Assembly: GCA_965205015.1 (NCBI GenBank)
Contig: OZ242029.1
Coordinates: 3,744,001 to 3,808,000 of the forward strand
Direction of reading: 5' to 3'
DNA from: Candidatus Poribacteria bacterium
GTDB taxonomy: Bacteria > Poribacteria > WGA-4E > WGA-3G
Length of the DNA: 64,000 nt
Under the pieces are notes generated by a model. It was given only the letters and a program-made list of their open reading frames with translations. It had not been told where the DNA came from and made no database searches. The first letter of the stretch is position 1. Each line of letters opens with the position of its first letter. Shown piece by piece: positions 37,719 to 48,309 of this stretch. The position numbers and the translations under genes are program-made.

Positions 37719-38384
37719 CTACATCTCTCGATGAAGACCGATGACTTTACCGAGTATCATTATGTCCTTGACATCAAAGAGGCTCGGTTCAATCGTTGGA
37801 TTTTCCGGTTGCAACCGGACTCGGTCGCCATCGATAAAGAAGCGTTTCACTGTTGCTTCGTCTTCAACGAGTGCGACGACAATATCACCTGGATCGGCGT
37901 TTGATTGTCTTCTAACGATAACAAAATCACCTTCTAGAATTCCGACACCGATCATGCTCGATCCGATGATACGGAGTGCAAAGCACTCGTAATCGTTAAG
38001 CATGCGCGTCGGCATTGGAAGCGTTCCTTCAATATTCTGAGATGCGAGCAGCGGTTCACCTGCTGCGACACGTCCAAAGATCGGGATCTCGATGACGTCC
38101 CGTGACACTTCTGCCAAAGCCAGATTCGCGTTTTGCCCTTCCAGCCATTTGCTGGTTGCGAGCTTCGGATCTGCCTCTTTTAAAATGGAAATTGCGCGGG
38201 GTTTACCATCTTCTCGGCTAATATACTTCTTTTTCTCAAGCGCGTTGAGATGGTCATGTGCCGCCTTTTCAGAAAAGCCAAATTGCCGCCCTATCTCGCG
38301 AATCGTCGGTGGGTAGCCTTCCTTGATACGCGTCTGAATATAGTTGAAAATCTCGCGTTGTCTACCCGTCAAGCTCTTTGCCAT
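37719..38384 (-). CDS. lexA: SOS repressor LexA
   Basis: PPTIREIG HTH, VAAG cleavage site, GSSM (Ser), ATVK (Lys); GGAG RBS before ATG 38384. Confidence 0.95.
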   Translation of the reverse strand: MAKSLTGRQREIFNYIQTRIKEGYPPTIREIGRQFGFSEKAAHDHLNALEKKKYISREDGKPRAISILKEADPKLATSKWLEGQNANLALAEVSRDVIEIPIFGRVAAGEPLLASQNIEGTLPMPTRMLNDYECFALRIIGSSMIGVGILEGDFVIVRRQSNADPGDIVVALVEDEATVKRFFIDGDRVRLQPENPTIEPSLFDVKDIMILGKVIGLHREM

Positions 38385-38561
38385 GATGCTGTCTCCTATG
38401 GTAAGCATTAGTTGATATGTATATATTATCCTATATTCAGTTTTAAAATGCAAGAAAAAAATGAATTTTTTATTTTTCGTTTGAAATTGACGGGTCATTA
38501 GAGAATTGAAACCGAATGGCGTTGTTAACGTCTTAATTCAACTAAAGGAAGAATTTGGAAA

Positions 38562-39215
38562 ATGCAAAGTCTCAATTGGTTTGCACGTTTTTTCGCTAAA
38601 CGCAGCCTTGTTGTTTTGATAATTGTCTCGGTTATGGGTACTATAGGTGTAGGGTTTGCCAAAGAGGAGTCAAAGAAGGTTAAACTTGACGCCGTCGTTA
38701 AGGACTTTACGCTTAAGGATGCCGGTGGCACCTCTCATGCGCTGTATAAACTCAGTGAAGAGAAACCTGCCACAGTCGTTCTGTTCCTTGCCACGCAATG
38801 CCCGATCGCAACGGACTATGCTGAGCGAATCGTTGCCTTAGTCGGGACTTATACTGAAAAGGACGTGCAATTTGTCGGAATAAATTCAAATAAACAGGAG
38901 AAGATCGAAGAGATTACGGAGTACAGTGAGAAGCACGGTTTTGAATTTCCTGTGCTAAAGGATCCGGAGAACAAAATTGCTGATTATTTCGGAGCGAGAA
39001 GAACACCAGAAGTTTTTCTTCTCGACGCGGAACGTGTTTTGCGCTACGCAGGCGCGTTTGACAACAGTCCGAAAGACCCGACGAAACACTATCTCCGAGA
39101 CGCTTTGGAATTCGTAATCAGCGGGGAAGATATTCCAAAGTCATCGAAAAAGACAAGAGCCGTCGGATGTACGATTAAGCGAGTTCGGAAAACGGATGTA
39201 GATAGGACACCGTGA
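38562..39215 (+). CDS. exported redoxin (AhpC/TSA-like thioredoxin family)
   Basis: Signal peptide; QCP, RTPEVF, GCTIK. Confidence 0.85.
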   Translation: MQSLNWFARFFAKRSLVVLIIVSVMGTIGVGFAKEESKKVKLDAVVKDFTLKDAGGTSHALYKLSEEKPATVVLFLATQCPIATDYAERIVALVGTYTEKDVQFVGINSNKQEKIEEITEYSEKHGFEFPVLKDPENKIADYFGARRTPEVFLLDAERVLRYAGAFDNSPKDPTKHYLRDALEFVISGEDIPKSSKKTRAVGCTIKRVRKTDVDRTP

Positions 39216-39274
39216 ATTCCAACCGCAACCGTTGAATCTCTTCGTTGCGCCTCACATAGAGGACAAACAAACAA

Positions 39275-41737
39275 ATGCTTCGATTTTTTTATCACCTTTT
39301 TCAGGGAGTGTTAACACTATTTTGGCTTGCAGGGATATGCGTATTTCTGGTGATTTTCGCTGCCATCGGGTTTGCGGGTGGTATGTTGCTGGCGTGTTGG
39401 GAGGATGTCGGCGACATCGACCTATATCGACTTGAATACGATTCCGATATTGAGACGTGGCGGCAGCATCTGGAGGTTTACTCTTCAGCGTGTGAAGTGC
39501 AGGAGACAGATAAGGTCGCGTTTTTGATCGATAAATTGGAACGTTTGGAATACAAGAAGGTCTCGGAACTCATTCCAAGGTTGAGTGCCCCTGGAGAGTA
39601 TGCAGTGGCACAGGATGGAACCGTTCGTATCCATCTGCGGGATTTTGAATATCCGAATCTTGATATAAAGGCGGGACACGTTCGGATTTCAGTGAAGGAT
39701 GGGAAAATAGACGCCATCCGGAATCCGGATAATTCTATGCGTCAGAATTTCTATCTTGAACCGGAAAAAATTGGCGAGTTTGCTGACGACGAAGGTTCCA
39801 CGCGTCGCCTGATTCCGCTACTGCAAATGCCAGACAAGCTCACAGGTGCGTTCACTGCTATTGAGGATCGGCGATTTTTTGAACATTGGGGAATTGATCT
39901 GATACGTCTCACAGGTGCGTTCAAAAACAATTTGTTACACGGTGCTCGTTTGGCGGGGACCAGCACACTGACCCAACAATTGGCACGAAATATCTATCTT
40001 TTCGATCAGCGATCCGACAGAAACGTCATTCGGAAAGCGAGAGAGATACTCCTCGCTGTGAAAATTGAGAAAGCATTCTCTAAGGACGAGATTTTTGAAC
40101 GCTATCTGAACCACGTTGATTTAGGTCGATCGAGGTATGGCGGCAAAACGTATCACGGCGTTCATCAAGCGGCACTTGGATATTTCGGGAAGGAGGTTTC
40201 GGAACTTGACTATCAAGAGTGTGCCTTGCTCGCCGCACTTCCGAAAGGTCCCTACGCGTTTTCGCCCTTTTCCAACCCGGAGAGAGCCCTGCATCGGCGG
40301 AACATCGTACTCGATCAGATGTTTGAGCAGGGGTATATTCCGACTGTATCCGAATGGCGTGCCAGTCGAGGTGCGCCACTCCTCCCGCGAAATCTGTCCA
40401 GAAAAGGGACAAGAACAGCCCTGAAAGAGGCGGGACATTTTCTTGATTATGTCCATGAAGCCCTTGGTCGACTGCCTGAACTGAAACATAATTTGTATAG
40501 TGGTGGGTTGAAAGTTTACACCACGATAGATATGTCCATGCAAACCGTTGCGGAAAGAGAGGTCGCCAAGCATCTCCGCGTAATGGATAAAACATACGGA
40601 GGGCCGAATCTACCCGACTATGATACCAATAAGCGGAATCCACGCATCGATCCGATTGATGGTTACTTGCAGGCGGCACTGATTGCTTATGAACCCGAGA
40701 CAGGGCACATTAAAGCGATGGTCGGTGGTAGGGATTACAATATTACGGCGGATAAGATAAATTTTTATAATCGAGCTGTCGGCAGCGCAAGACGACAGCC
40801 CGGTTCGGCATTTAAGCCGATTATTTTTGCGGCATTGTTAGAAGAGCCCGCTATTGTGACACCCACAACCATTATTGTTGATGAGGCGTGGGGCATACTT
40901 CCGTTCCCTGGACAACCGATGTGGTATCCGCGTAATTATAGTAAATGGTTTAAGGGTAAAGTTACTGTGCGAGATGTGCTTATGAGTTCAATTAACGTGC
41001 CGACAGCGAAAGCGATGTTGGAGACCCCGATAGCCGAAAACGGCAAATGGGAAGGCTTAAATCGTGTTGTGGATTTAAGCAGAAGAATGGGCATTAAAAG
41101 CCCATTGGATCCAGTGCCGGCTCTCTCCTTAGGTTCGTCTGGTGTAACCGTCCTTGAGCTCACCTCGGCGTATGGTATTTTCGCAAACGGTGGTGTCCAG
41201 ACGAAACCGGTGCATATCCAGTACGTGCTGGACACGGCAGGAAAAATTATTTATACTTCTGATAAAAATCAAGATCAGGGGACCGGCGTCTTAGATGAAA
41301 AGGTCGCATATCAGATGACCTCGTTTATGGAGAGTGTGATTCAGAATGGAACGGGTAGGCGCGCGAAACGGATGGGACTGACCCGACCGGCAGCAGGTAA
41401 AACAGGGACTACCAATGACAACGTAGATGCTTGGTTTGTCGGTTATACCGCGGATCTTGTCGTCGGCGTTTGGGTCGGGTTCGATAAGAATCGGTTGAGT
41501 CGCCGTAACTACAATCAGGAAGGGGCGAAAGCAGCACTGCCGATCTGGGCGCAATTTATGATTGATGCCGCCCGGGGTCCAGAAAAACCGTTCCCTGTTC
41601 CGAAGGGTATTGTTTTTCGAGAGATAGATAAAAAGAGTGGGCTCCTCCGAAAAGCAGGCAAATGTCCGGAGGAGAACGTTAGTAGAGAACCCTTCATTGA
41701 AGGACAGCAACCTGAGAAACTTTGCACACTCCATTAG
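39275..41737 (+). CDS. class A bifunctional penicillin-binding protein (transglycosylase/transpeptidase) with UB2H-like region
   Basis: EDRRFFEHWG, STLTQQLARN, PGSAFK, SIN, KTGT. Confidence 0.93.
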   Translation: MLRFFYHLFQGVLTLFWLAGICVFLVIFAAIGFAGGMLLACWEDVGDIDLYRLEYDSDIETWRQHLEVYSSACEVQETDKVAFLIDKLERLEYKKVSELIPRLSAPGEYAVAQDGTVRIHLRDFEYPNLDIKAGHVRISVKDGKIDAIRNPDNSMRQNFYLEPEKIGEFADDEGSTRRLIPLLQMPDKLTGAFTAIEDRRFFEHWGIDLIRLTGAFKNNLLHGARLAGTSTLTQQLARNIYLFDQRSDRNVIRKAREILLAVKIEKAFSKDEIFERYLNHVDLGRSRYGGKTYHGVHQAALGYFGKEVSELDYQECALLAALPKGPYAFSPFSNPERALHRRNIVLDQMFEQGYIPTVSEWRASRGAPLLPRNLSRKGTRTALKEAGHFLDYVHEALGRLPELKHNLYSGGLKVYTTIDMSMQTVAEREVAKHLRVMDKTYGGPNLPDYDTNKRNPRIDPIDGYLQAALIAYEPETGHIKAMVGGRDYNITADKINFYNRAVGSARRQPGSAFKPIIFAALLEEPAIVTPTTIIVDEAWGILPFPGQPMWYPRNYSKWFKGKVTVRDVLMSSINVPTAKAMLETPIAENGKWEGLNRVVDLSRRMGIKSPLDPVPALSLGSSGVTVLELTSAYGIFANGGVQTKPVHIQYVLDTAGKIIYTSDKNQDQGTGVLDEKVAYQMTSFMESVIQNGTGRRAKRMGLTRPAAGKTGTTNDNVDAWFVGYTADLVVGVWVGFDKNRLSRRNYNQEGAKAALPIWAQFMIDAARGPEKPFPVPKGIVFREIDKKSGLLRKAGKCPEENVSREPFIEGQQPEKLCTLH

Positions 41738-41916
41738 TTAGTACCAACGGTATTCAGTCCTACCTCTCCACAAATCTCCCTACACATTTTGGGTGTCGTG
41801 TGGTATACTATATAAGACAGAAAACACAACAGAAACCCTACAAATTTCTTGTCGTCTTGATGTAAACCACCACCGCCAACCGCATATTGCAACTTGACAC
41901 GGAGCAGGGAGCCAAA

Positions 41917-43977
41917 ATGAGAGAGAATTGGGAATTGCTGACCAGGATTGACGATTCAGAAGATGATATCTCTGAACCGGATAACCCGGAATTTGAACTC
42001 ATTTCAGACTTTTCACCGCAAGGCGATCAGCCCCAAGCCATTGATAAACTCACGGAAGGGCTCCATCGTGGAGACAAAGCACAGACACTCCTCGGTGTAA
42101 CGGGGTCGGGCAAAACCTATACAATGGCGAATGTAATTCAGAACGTCCAATTGCCCACGCTCGTCATTTCACCCAATAAGACGCTCGCCGCACAACTTTA
42201 CAACGAATTCCGGACCTTTTTCCCAAATAATGCCGTCCACTATTTCGTCAGTGATTACGAGTACTATCAACCTGAAGCGTACATCCCCTCCACGGATACC
42301 TTTATCGAAAAGGATGTCCGCATTAATGAAGAGATTACCCGGATGCGGCTTGCCTCGACAGCGTCCTTGATATCGCGTCGCGATGTTATCGTGGTCGCGA
42401 GTGTTTCCTGCCTCTACGGTCTGGGTTCACCGGATGAATTTGAAAATCAGAGGGTTCAGATAGCTGTCGGCGATGTCGTTCGGCGCGATGCGCTCCTGCG
42501 CGCTTTAGTTGATATTCAATATGTCCGCAACGATATTGAGTTCTGGCAAGGTGTGTTCCGCGCTCGGGGTGATGTCGTTGAAGTCTTTCCTGCTTATAGT
42601 GAGCACGCGTATCGGGTTGAGCTTTTCGGCGACGAAATCGATCGAATTAACGAAATTGATACAACCACCGGGGAGGTGTTGGCACAACGGGATTTCTTGG
42701 AAATCTATCCTGCCAAGCATTTCATGACCGATGGTGAAATCTTCGATCAGGCATTAATCAATATTGAACTTGAACTCCAAGACCGGATTCTGACGTTTGA
42801 GAAAGAGAATAAATTGCTGGAAGCACAACGCGTTGAGCAACGGACCCGCTTTGATCTGGAGATGTTGCGGGAGGTAGGTTACTGTTCTGGCATTGAAAAC
42901 TATTCCCGCCATCTCTCAGGATTGCAACCGGGTGATCCTCCGTATTGCCTGATGCACTACTTTCCCGATGATTTTCTTCTCTTTATTGATGAGTCGCACG
43001 TAACGATTCCGCAGTTGCGAGGTATGTATCGTGGTGACCGTTCCCGAAAGGAGACGCTCGTCGAGTATGGTTTCCGTCTGCCCTCCGCCTTGGATAACCG
43101 TCCGCTCCGATTCGATGAAGTTGAAGCCCGCGTCAATCAAGTGATTTTTGTCTCTGCGACCCCTGGTGCCTATGAAATGGAGAACAGCGCGCAAGTTGTC
43201 GAACAGATTATCCGTCCTACAGGTCTCATCGACCCAGAAATTACGATACATCCGGTGAGCGGACAAATAGACCATCTCATTGGCAAGATCCAAGAACGCG
43301 TCAGGCACAAGCAACGCGTCCTCGTCACGACGCTTACCAAACGGATGGCGGAAGACTTAACGGAGTATTTGACGGAGGCGGGTATCCGTGCGGACTATAT
43401 GCATTCTGAGATTGATGTGTTCGACCGCGCCCGCATCTTACGTGAACTTCGCGAGGGGGTTTTTGATGTGTTGGTCGGTATTAACCTGCTCCGCGAAGGT
43501 CTTGATCTCCCTGAAGTCTCTCTCGTTGCGATCCTTGATGCTGATCGCCCGGGTTTCCTCCGTTCTGTTAGGTCTCTCGTCCAAACCGCTGGACGTGCTG
43601 CCCGAAACGTTGATGGTGAAGTGCTCTTGTACGGGGATGATGTCACAGAAGCCATGGGAGAAGCGATCAAGGAAACACGGCGACGCCGCGAGATTCAACT
43701 GCAGTATAACACCGATAACGACATCACACCGGCGACAATTGAGAAAGCGATTCAGGAACTGATCGCTGAATCGACTGAGGCATATAAGACCAAAAAATCT
43801 GACAAGCCCGCTATCCTCCCGGAAACCGTTGAAACGCAAGACATTGACGCACTCATTACAGACTTGACGCGACGGATGCGAAAAGCGGCGTTGGATCTTG
43901 ATTATGAAGAAGCCGCCGCCTTACGTGACCAGATTGCTGAACTGAAAGCGCAATCAGCGGAACAGCCAGCTGAATAG
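41917..43977 (+). CDS. uvrB: excinuclease ABC subunit B
   Basis: [41 protein letters not shown]-terminal UVR domain. Confidence 0.97.
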   Translation: MRENWELLTRIDDSEDDISEPDNPEFELISDFSPQGDQPQAIDKLTEGLHRGDKAQTLLGVTGSGKTYTMANVIQNVQLPTLVISPNKTLAAQLYNEFRTFFPNNAVHYFVSDYEYYQPEAYIPSTDTFIEKDVRINEEITRMRLASTASLISRRDVIVVASVSCLYGLGSPDEFENQRVQIAVGDVVRRDALLRALVDIQYVRNDIEFWQGVFRARGDVVEVFPAYSEHAYRVELFGDEIDRINEIDTTTGEVLAQRDFLEIYPAKHFMTDGEIFDQALINIELELQDRILTFEKENKLLEAQRVEQRTRFDLEMLREVGYCSGIENYSRHLSGLQPGDPPYCLMHYFPDDFLLFIDESHVTIPQLRGMYRGDRSRKETLVEYGFRLPSALDNRPLRFDEVEARVNQVIFVSATPGAYEMENSAQVVEQIIRPTGLIDPEITIHPVSGQIDHLIGKIQERVRHKQRVLVTTLTKRMAEDLTEYLTEAGIRADYMHSEIDVFDRARILRELREGVFDVLVGINLLREGLDLPEVSLVAILDADRPGFLRSVRSLVQTAGRAARNVDGEVLLYGDDVTEAMGEAIKETRRRREIQLQYNTDNDITPATIEKAIQELIAESTEAYKTKKSDKPAILPETVETQDIDALITDLTRRMRKAALDLDYEEAAALRDQIAELKAQSAEQPAE

Positions 43978-44170
43978 CGTGTAGAGTGTGTCCAATCCCT
44001 CAAAGAAGATATCGGAATTTAACACTTGTATCTTGAAATGTAATCTGCTAAAATGCAGTCGTTGATTGTAACTCTAAAACCTGTAATTTTGATCCCTTGA
44101 AGATTAATAATTTTGGTCTTTTGTTGATAAAAATATTAATCTTCCTGAGAAACAGAGAAAGGATTTTGCA

Positions 44171-44428
44171 ATGTTTGTTTGTGTAGCTTGCGGCTATTTG
44201 TGGAAGGAAGCGGATAGCCCACCAGATGAGTGTCCTGCATGCACAGCACCAAAGGAAAAATACATCCCTTACGATGACAGGGCAGAACGTTGGGTCAAGC
44301 GCGCTGTGGCGGCACATGTTATGTACCCGGACGAAGAAGGCGCAGATCTTCGCGCAGAGAACTCGGCACTCTCGTCTCACGTCAGATTTGCCCTTGTTGG
44401 GTTACTCGGTGATCTTGAAAAAGGATAA
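44171..44428 (+). CDS. small rubredoxin-like domain protein
   Basis: CVACGY...PDECPAC; AAGGA RBS. Confidence 0.72.
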   Translation: MFVCVACGYLWKEADSPPDECPACTAPKEKYIPYDDRAERWVKRAVAAHVMYPDEEGADLRAENSALSSHVRFALVGLLGDLEKG

Positions 44429-44429
44429 A

Positions 44430-44580
44430 TAGTTGTCAGCGGTCAGTCATCGGTTATCAGTTAAAGAGGGGACTTGTAACAATTCACTTTGCCTTGGAGA
44501 AATCTCAGCAAACGTTTGTTGTGACGGGAATCCTCTTCGCTGATGGCTGACGACTGATAACTGATAACTGATAACTAATA
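44430..44580. repeat. heptamer-armed palindromic dispersed element (long form)
   Basis: AGTTGTCAGCGGTCAGTCATCGGTTATCAGTTAAAGAGGG ... CCTCTT-CGCTGATGGCTGACG(ACTGATA)3. Confidence 0.75.
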
Positions 44581-44644
44581 TAGAAAGGAAGCGGCATTGC
44601 CCCATACCGGGTGCTCTACAGGATAGAGTGCCGCAAAATGAAGG

Positions 44645-46162
44645 ATGAAACAGATACGTTATCTGCTGGTTCTATGCCTCATTGCCTTGCACGGGATAGC
44701 ATCAGCACAGGACCTCTCAGACCGGGTGGTGGAGCACATCTTTCCCAACGGTCTGAAGTTGTTGATGATTAAACGCGATACCTCCCCGACCATCGCTCCC
44801 TACATCCTCTTTAAAGCCGGTTCAGTCGATGAATCAGATGATACCCGCGGTATCGCACACATGCTTGAACACATGTTGTTCAAAGGCACAAAAACCATCG
44901 GCACAAAAAACTATGAAAAGGAAAAGGTCGTGCTCGCTGAAATCGATCGCATCGGCGATGCCCTTGACATGGAACGCGCAAAAGGTTCCAGAGCGGATAC
45001 GGACAAAATAGCCGAATTGGAAGAAGCACTTAAAGCGCAGCAGGCGCTCGCCAAGGAGTGGATCGTTACCGGCGAATATACCGAAATCTACACGCAGCAC
45101 GGGAGTACCGGATTCAACGCTGGCACTTCTGTTGACTATACGATTTACACGGTGGAATTGCCATCTAATAAATTAGAGTTGTGGGCGATGCTTGAGTCTG
45201 ATCGGCTTAAGAACGCTGTCTTACGCGAATTTTATGTTGAACGCGAGGCTGTCAAAGAGGAACGGCGAATGCGTGTTGACACCCAACCGGGCGGTAAACT
45301 GTATGAACAGTTTATGGCTGCCGCTTTCACTGCGCACCCTTACGGCATACCGATTATCGGATGGCCCTCGGATATTGCGATGCTAAATCGACGCAAGGCG
45401 GAAGAATTTTTCCGGGTCCATTATGCCCCAAATAACTCTGTTATGGCTATCATCGGGAATATAGACATAGATGAGACCATCGCGCTCATTGAAAAGCATT
45501 TCGGTGATATCCCCTCGCAGCCGCTCCCGCCTGAAGTCACAACCCAAGAACTGCCGCAGGAGGGTGAACGTCGGGTCGAAGTCGAATTTGATGCCGAACC
45601 GCAACTCATGATTGGGTACCATAAACCGACACTCCCACACTTTGACGATTATGTGTTGGATTTTATCAGTGCGATCCTTTCCGATGGGCGGACCTCTCGG
45701 TTTTACAAAAACATCGTTGAGAAGGGGCTCGCCCTCTCTGCCGATTCATTGAATGGATACCCGGGGGCGCGCTACAACAATCTTTTTGTGATAGATGGCG
45801 CACCGCGGTCTCCACACACAACCGCCGATCTTGAAGCAGCGGTTTACGCTGAACTCGAAAGGCTCAAAACCGAACCCGTCGCAGAAAAAGAATTTAAACG
45901 CATCCTCAAACAGGTAGATGCCAGTTTTATCCGGGGCCTCAGCTCGAACGCTGGAATGGCAAGACAACTCACCTTCTATGAAGGGATTGCTGGCGATTGG
46001 CGTTATATCCTACAATGGCGGGAAAACATATATAAAGTTACGCCAGAGGACATCATGAGAGTCGCAAAAACCTATTTCACGAAAAGCAACCGCACCGTCG
46101 GCACACTCATTAAGAAAGAGGCAGTAGTACCCGCCGGTGAAGATACGGAGGGCGGCGAATAA
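44645..46162 (+). CDS. M16 zinc peptidase, catalytic subunit (exported)
   Basis: HMLEH (HxxEH), VKEERRMR, HPY; signal peptide. Confidence 0.92.
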   Translation: MKQIRYLLVLCLIALHGIASAQDLSDRVVEHIFPNGLKLLMIKRDTSPTIAPYILFKAGSVDESDDTRGIAHMLEHMLFKGTKTIGTKNYEKEKVVLAEIDRIGDALDMERAKGSRADTDKIAELEEALKAQQALAKEWIVTGEYTEIYTQHGSTGFNAGTSVDYTIYTVELPSNKLELWAMLESDRLKNAVLREFYVEREAVKEERRMRVDTQPGGKLYEQFMAAAFTAHPYGIPIIGWPSDIAMLNRRKAEEFFRVHYAPNNSVMAIIGNIDIDETIALIEKHFGDIPSQPLPPEVTTQELPQEGERRVEVEFDAEPQLMIGYHKPTLPHFDDYVLDFISAILSDGRTSRFYKNIVEKGLALSADSLNGYPGARYNNLFVIDGAPRSPHTTADLEAAVYAELERLKTEPVAEKEFKRILKQVDASFIRGLSSNAGMARQLTFYEGIAGDWRYILQWRENIYKVTPEDIMRVAKTYFTKSNRTVGTLIKKEAVVPAGEDTEGGE

Positions 46163-48309
46163 TGAAGAACCGAACCTTTACTGGACTTGTCTTTGCGACA
46201 CTGGTCGCCTGTCTCATTGTGTGGGGTATCCCATCTACATTTGCCAGGCCCCACGAAGAACTGACCTTTGAACCGATTGAGTTTAAACCGCCCGTTCCAG
46301 AGAAGCGAACGCTTTCAAACGGAATGACGCTCTACCTCATTGAGGACAATGAGTTACCCTTGTTTAACATCAACGGTTTGATTAAAACGGGTGACATCTA
46401 CGATCCAGCGGATAAGGTCGGCTTGTCAGCCATATTTTCCTCTGTTATGCGAACCGGCGGCACGGTGTCGCGTGAACCGGATGCGCTGAACGAGGAACTC
46501 GAGTCTATGGCGGCATCGGTTGAAGTCGGTATGTCGCGTGAATATGGAACGGTTAACCTTTCAACGCTTGCGGAAGACATCGAAAAAGGGTTGGAAATCT
46601 TTGCCGATGTCCTCAGGAATCCTGCGTTTCGCGAAGATAAATTGGAACTCCGTAAGCAGCAGTCGGTCGAACGTATCCGCCGACGCAACGATAATCCTAT
46701 CCAGCTCGCATGGCGTAACTTTTCCGCACTGCTCTATGGAACCGACCATCCGTTCGGGTGGTATACCGAAATTGAGGGTATAGAGAGCATCACCGTTGAC
46801 GATCTGAAAGCGTTTCACGCGAAATATTATCATCCGAACAACATGATGCTCGCAATTACCGGCGATTTTGATACGGAGACTCTGATTGCGCAACTGGAAA
46901 AAGTGTTTGAAGGCTGGGAATCCGCGAATATTACATTCCCTGATGTTCCGACCGTGGATCCCACTCCGGCAGCGTCGGTTAATTATATCTTCAAAGACCT
47001 CCCGCAGTCGGTGATGCTCATCGGGCACTTCGGCATCAAGCGCACTCCCGATTTCCCAGATTTCTTCGCGCTCCGTGTGATGAACGATATTCTCGGTGAA
47101 GGCGGTTTCACCTCTCGTCTGATGAAGGAAGTGCGTGAGAAACACGGTCTCGCCTACATGGTCGGCAGCATCATGCAAACGAGTTACTATACGAATCCAG
47201 GGGAATGGTTCGCGTATTCGCAGACCCGGACCGAAAAGACGGCAGAGGCGATCTCGCTTATTGTTGATGTCGTCAAAGGTCTCCGAGATACACCTGTCCC
47301 GGAAGCCGAACTACAACGCACCAAGGATTCGCTCATCAATTCGTTTGTCTTTGGGTTTGAGAGCAGTTCGCAAATTGCCTTCCAACAGATGATGCTGGCG
47401 TATCGCGGTTATGCACCCGACTTCCTCGAAACCTATACCGATAATATCGCGAAGGTCACGGCGGCGGATGTGCAGGCGGTCGCACAAAAGTATCTCCATC
47501 CGGACGCGCTCACGATTGTCACTGTCGGCAATAAAACCAATTTCGATCGATCGCTTGATGAGTTCGGAGAGGTTAACGAGATTGAGATAAAGCAACCGGA
47601 ACCACCCCCTGCAGAACCGATGCCTGAGGCGAGTGAAGGCGACATGGCGAAAGCCAAGGAGATCGTCGCGATGGCAGTTGATGCATACGGCGGACTTGAG
47701 AAATTGCAAGCGGTGAAAAACATTGTCTCGGAAGCAAGTGTTTCAGTGGACTCGCCGATGGGACCAATGCAGGCAGAGGCGAAGTCATACTATCTTTACC
47801 CTGACAAATTGAGACAAGATTTAAAGTTGCCTCAAATGGAGATAAGTCAGATCTACGACGGTTCAGCTGCATTTGCTGTAACACCGATGGGTGTTCAACC
47901 GCTTCCACCTGAAGCTGCTAACGCCTTTAGAAATACAATTGCCCGGGAACCTGTATGGCTTCTAACGCATCTCGTGAAAAACGATGTCCAAGTCCAGTAT
48001 GCTGGAAGTGAGGATGTCCAGGACAAGCCTGCACACATCTTGCTCGTTCCTGAGCCTTCTGGGGAAGTATTGCGACTGTTCATTAGTGAGGAGACACACT
48101 ATATTGTAAAGCTCACATATCGTGAGGCTGTCCAAGGCGTAGTAGCAAACCAGGAAACGTTCTTGGGTGATTATCGCGATGTTGATGGCATTAAAATAGC
48201 GCATCATGTTCTTCAAAATGTAGATGGTCAACTCTTTTCTGAAGTTTCAGTAACAGGTGTCACCTTGAACGCAGAACTTGACGAATCACTGTTTCAGGAG
48301 CCAAAATGA
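46162..48309 (+). CDS. M16 peptidase non-catalytic subunit fused to a C-terminal lipoprotein-sorting/LolA-like domain
   Basis: No HxxEH; SRL...VREKHGLAY; Pro-rich linker then AYGG...DYRDVDG domain. Confidence 0.82.
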   Translation: MKNRTFTGLVFATLVACLIVWGIPSTFARPHEELTFEPIEFKPPVPEKRTLSNGMTLYLIEDNELPLFNINGLIKTGDIYDPADKVGLSAIFSSVMRTGGTVSREPDALNEELESMAASVEVGMSREYGTVNLSTLAEDIEKGLEIFADVLRNPAFREDKLELRKQQSVERIRRRNDNPIQLAWRNFSALLYGTDHPFGWYTEIEGIESITVDDLKAFHAKYYHPNNMMLAITGDFDTETLIAQLEKVFEGWESANITFPDVPTVDPTPAASVNYIFKDLPQSVMLIGHFGIKRTPDFPDFFALRVMNDILGEGGFTSRLMKEVREKHGLAYMVGSIMQTSYYTNPGEWFAYSQTRTEKTAEAISLIVDVVKGLRDTPVPEAELQRTKDSLINSFVFGFESSSQIAFQQMMLAYRGYAPDFLETYTDNIAKVTAADVQAVAQKYLHPDALTIVTVGNKTNFDRSLDEFGEVNEIEIKQPEPPPAEPMPEASEGDMAKAKEIVAMAVDAYGGLEKLQAVKNIVSEASVSVDSPMGPMQAEAKSYYLYPDKLRQDLKLPQMEISQIYDGSAAFAVTPMGVQPLPPEAANAFRNTIAREPVWLLTHLVKNDVQVQYAGSEDVQDKPAHILLVPEPSGEVLRLFISEETHYIVKLTYREAVQGVVANQETFLGDYRDVDGIKIAHHVLQNVDGQLFSEVSVTGVTLNAELDESLFQEPK

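Noticed and set aside
38385-38498. 38-aa N-terminal extension of LexA; likewise extensions at 16966-16998, 17991-18047 and 18842-18898
   Set aside because: Downstream ATGs have an SD and/or match the family N-terminus or signal peptide; the extensions cover promoter or hairpin DNA
38385-41916. Search for a shared SOS box upstream of lexA and uvrB (common word TATTCAGT)
   Set aside because: Only an 8-mer, non-palindromic, also seen at ~19001; no known LexA motif recognisable
35994-47178. Long antisense or alternate-frame ORFs (e.g. 35994-36635, 40080-40679, 46561-47178; also 27031-27648, 54262-54840)
   Set aside because: Shadow ORFs over well-conserved genes, with no motifs or RBS
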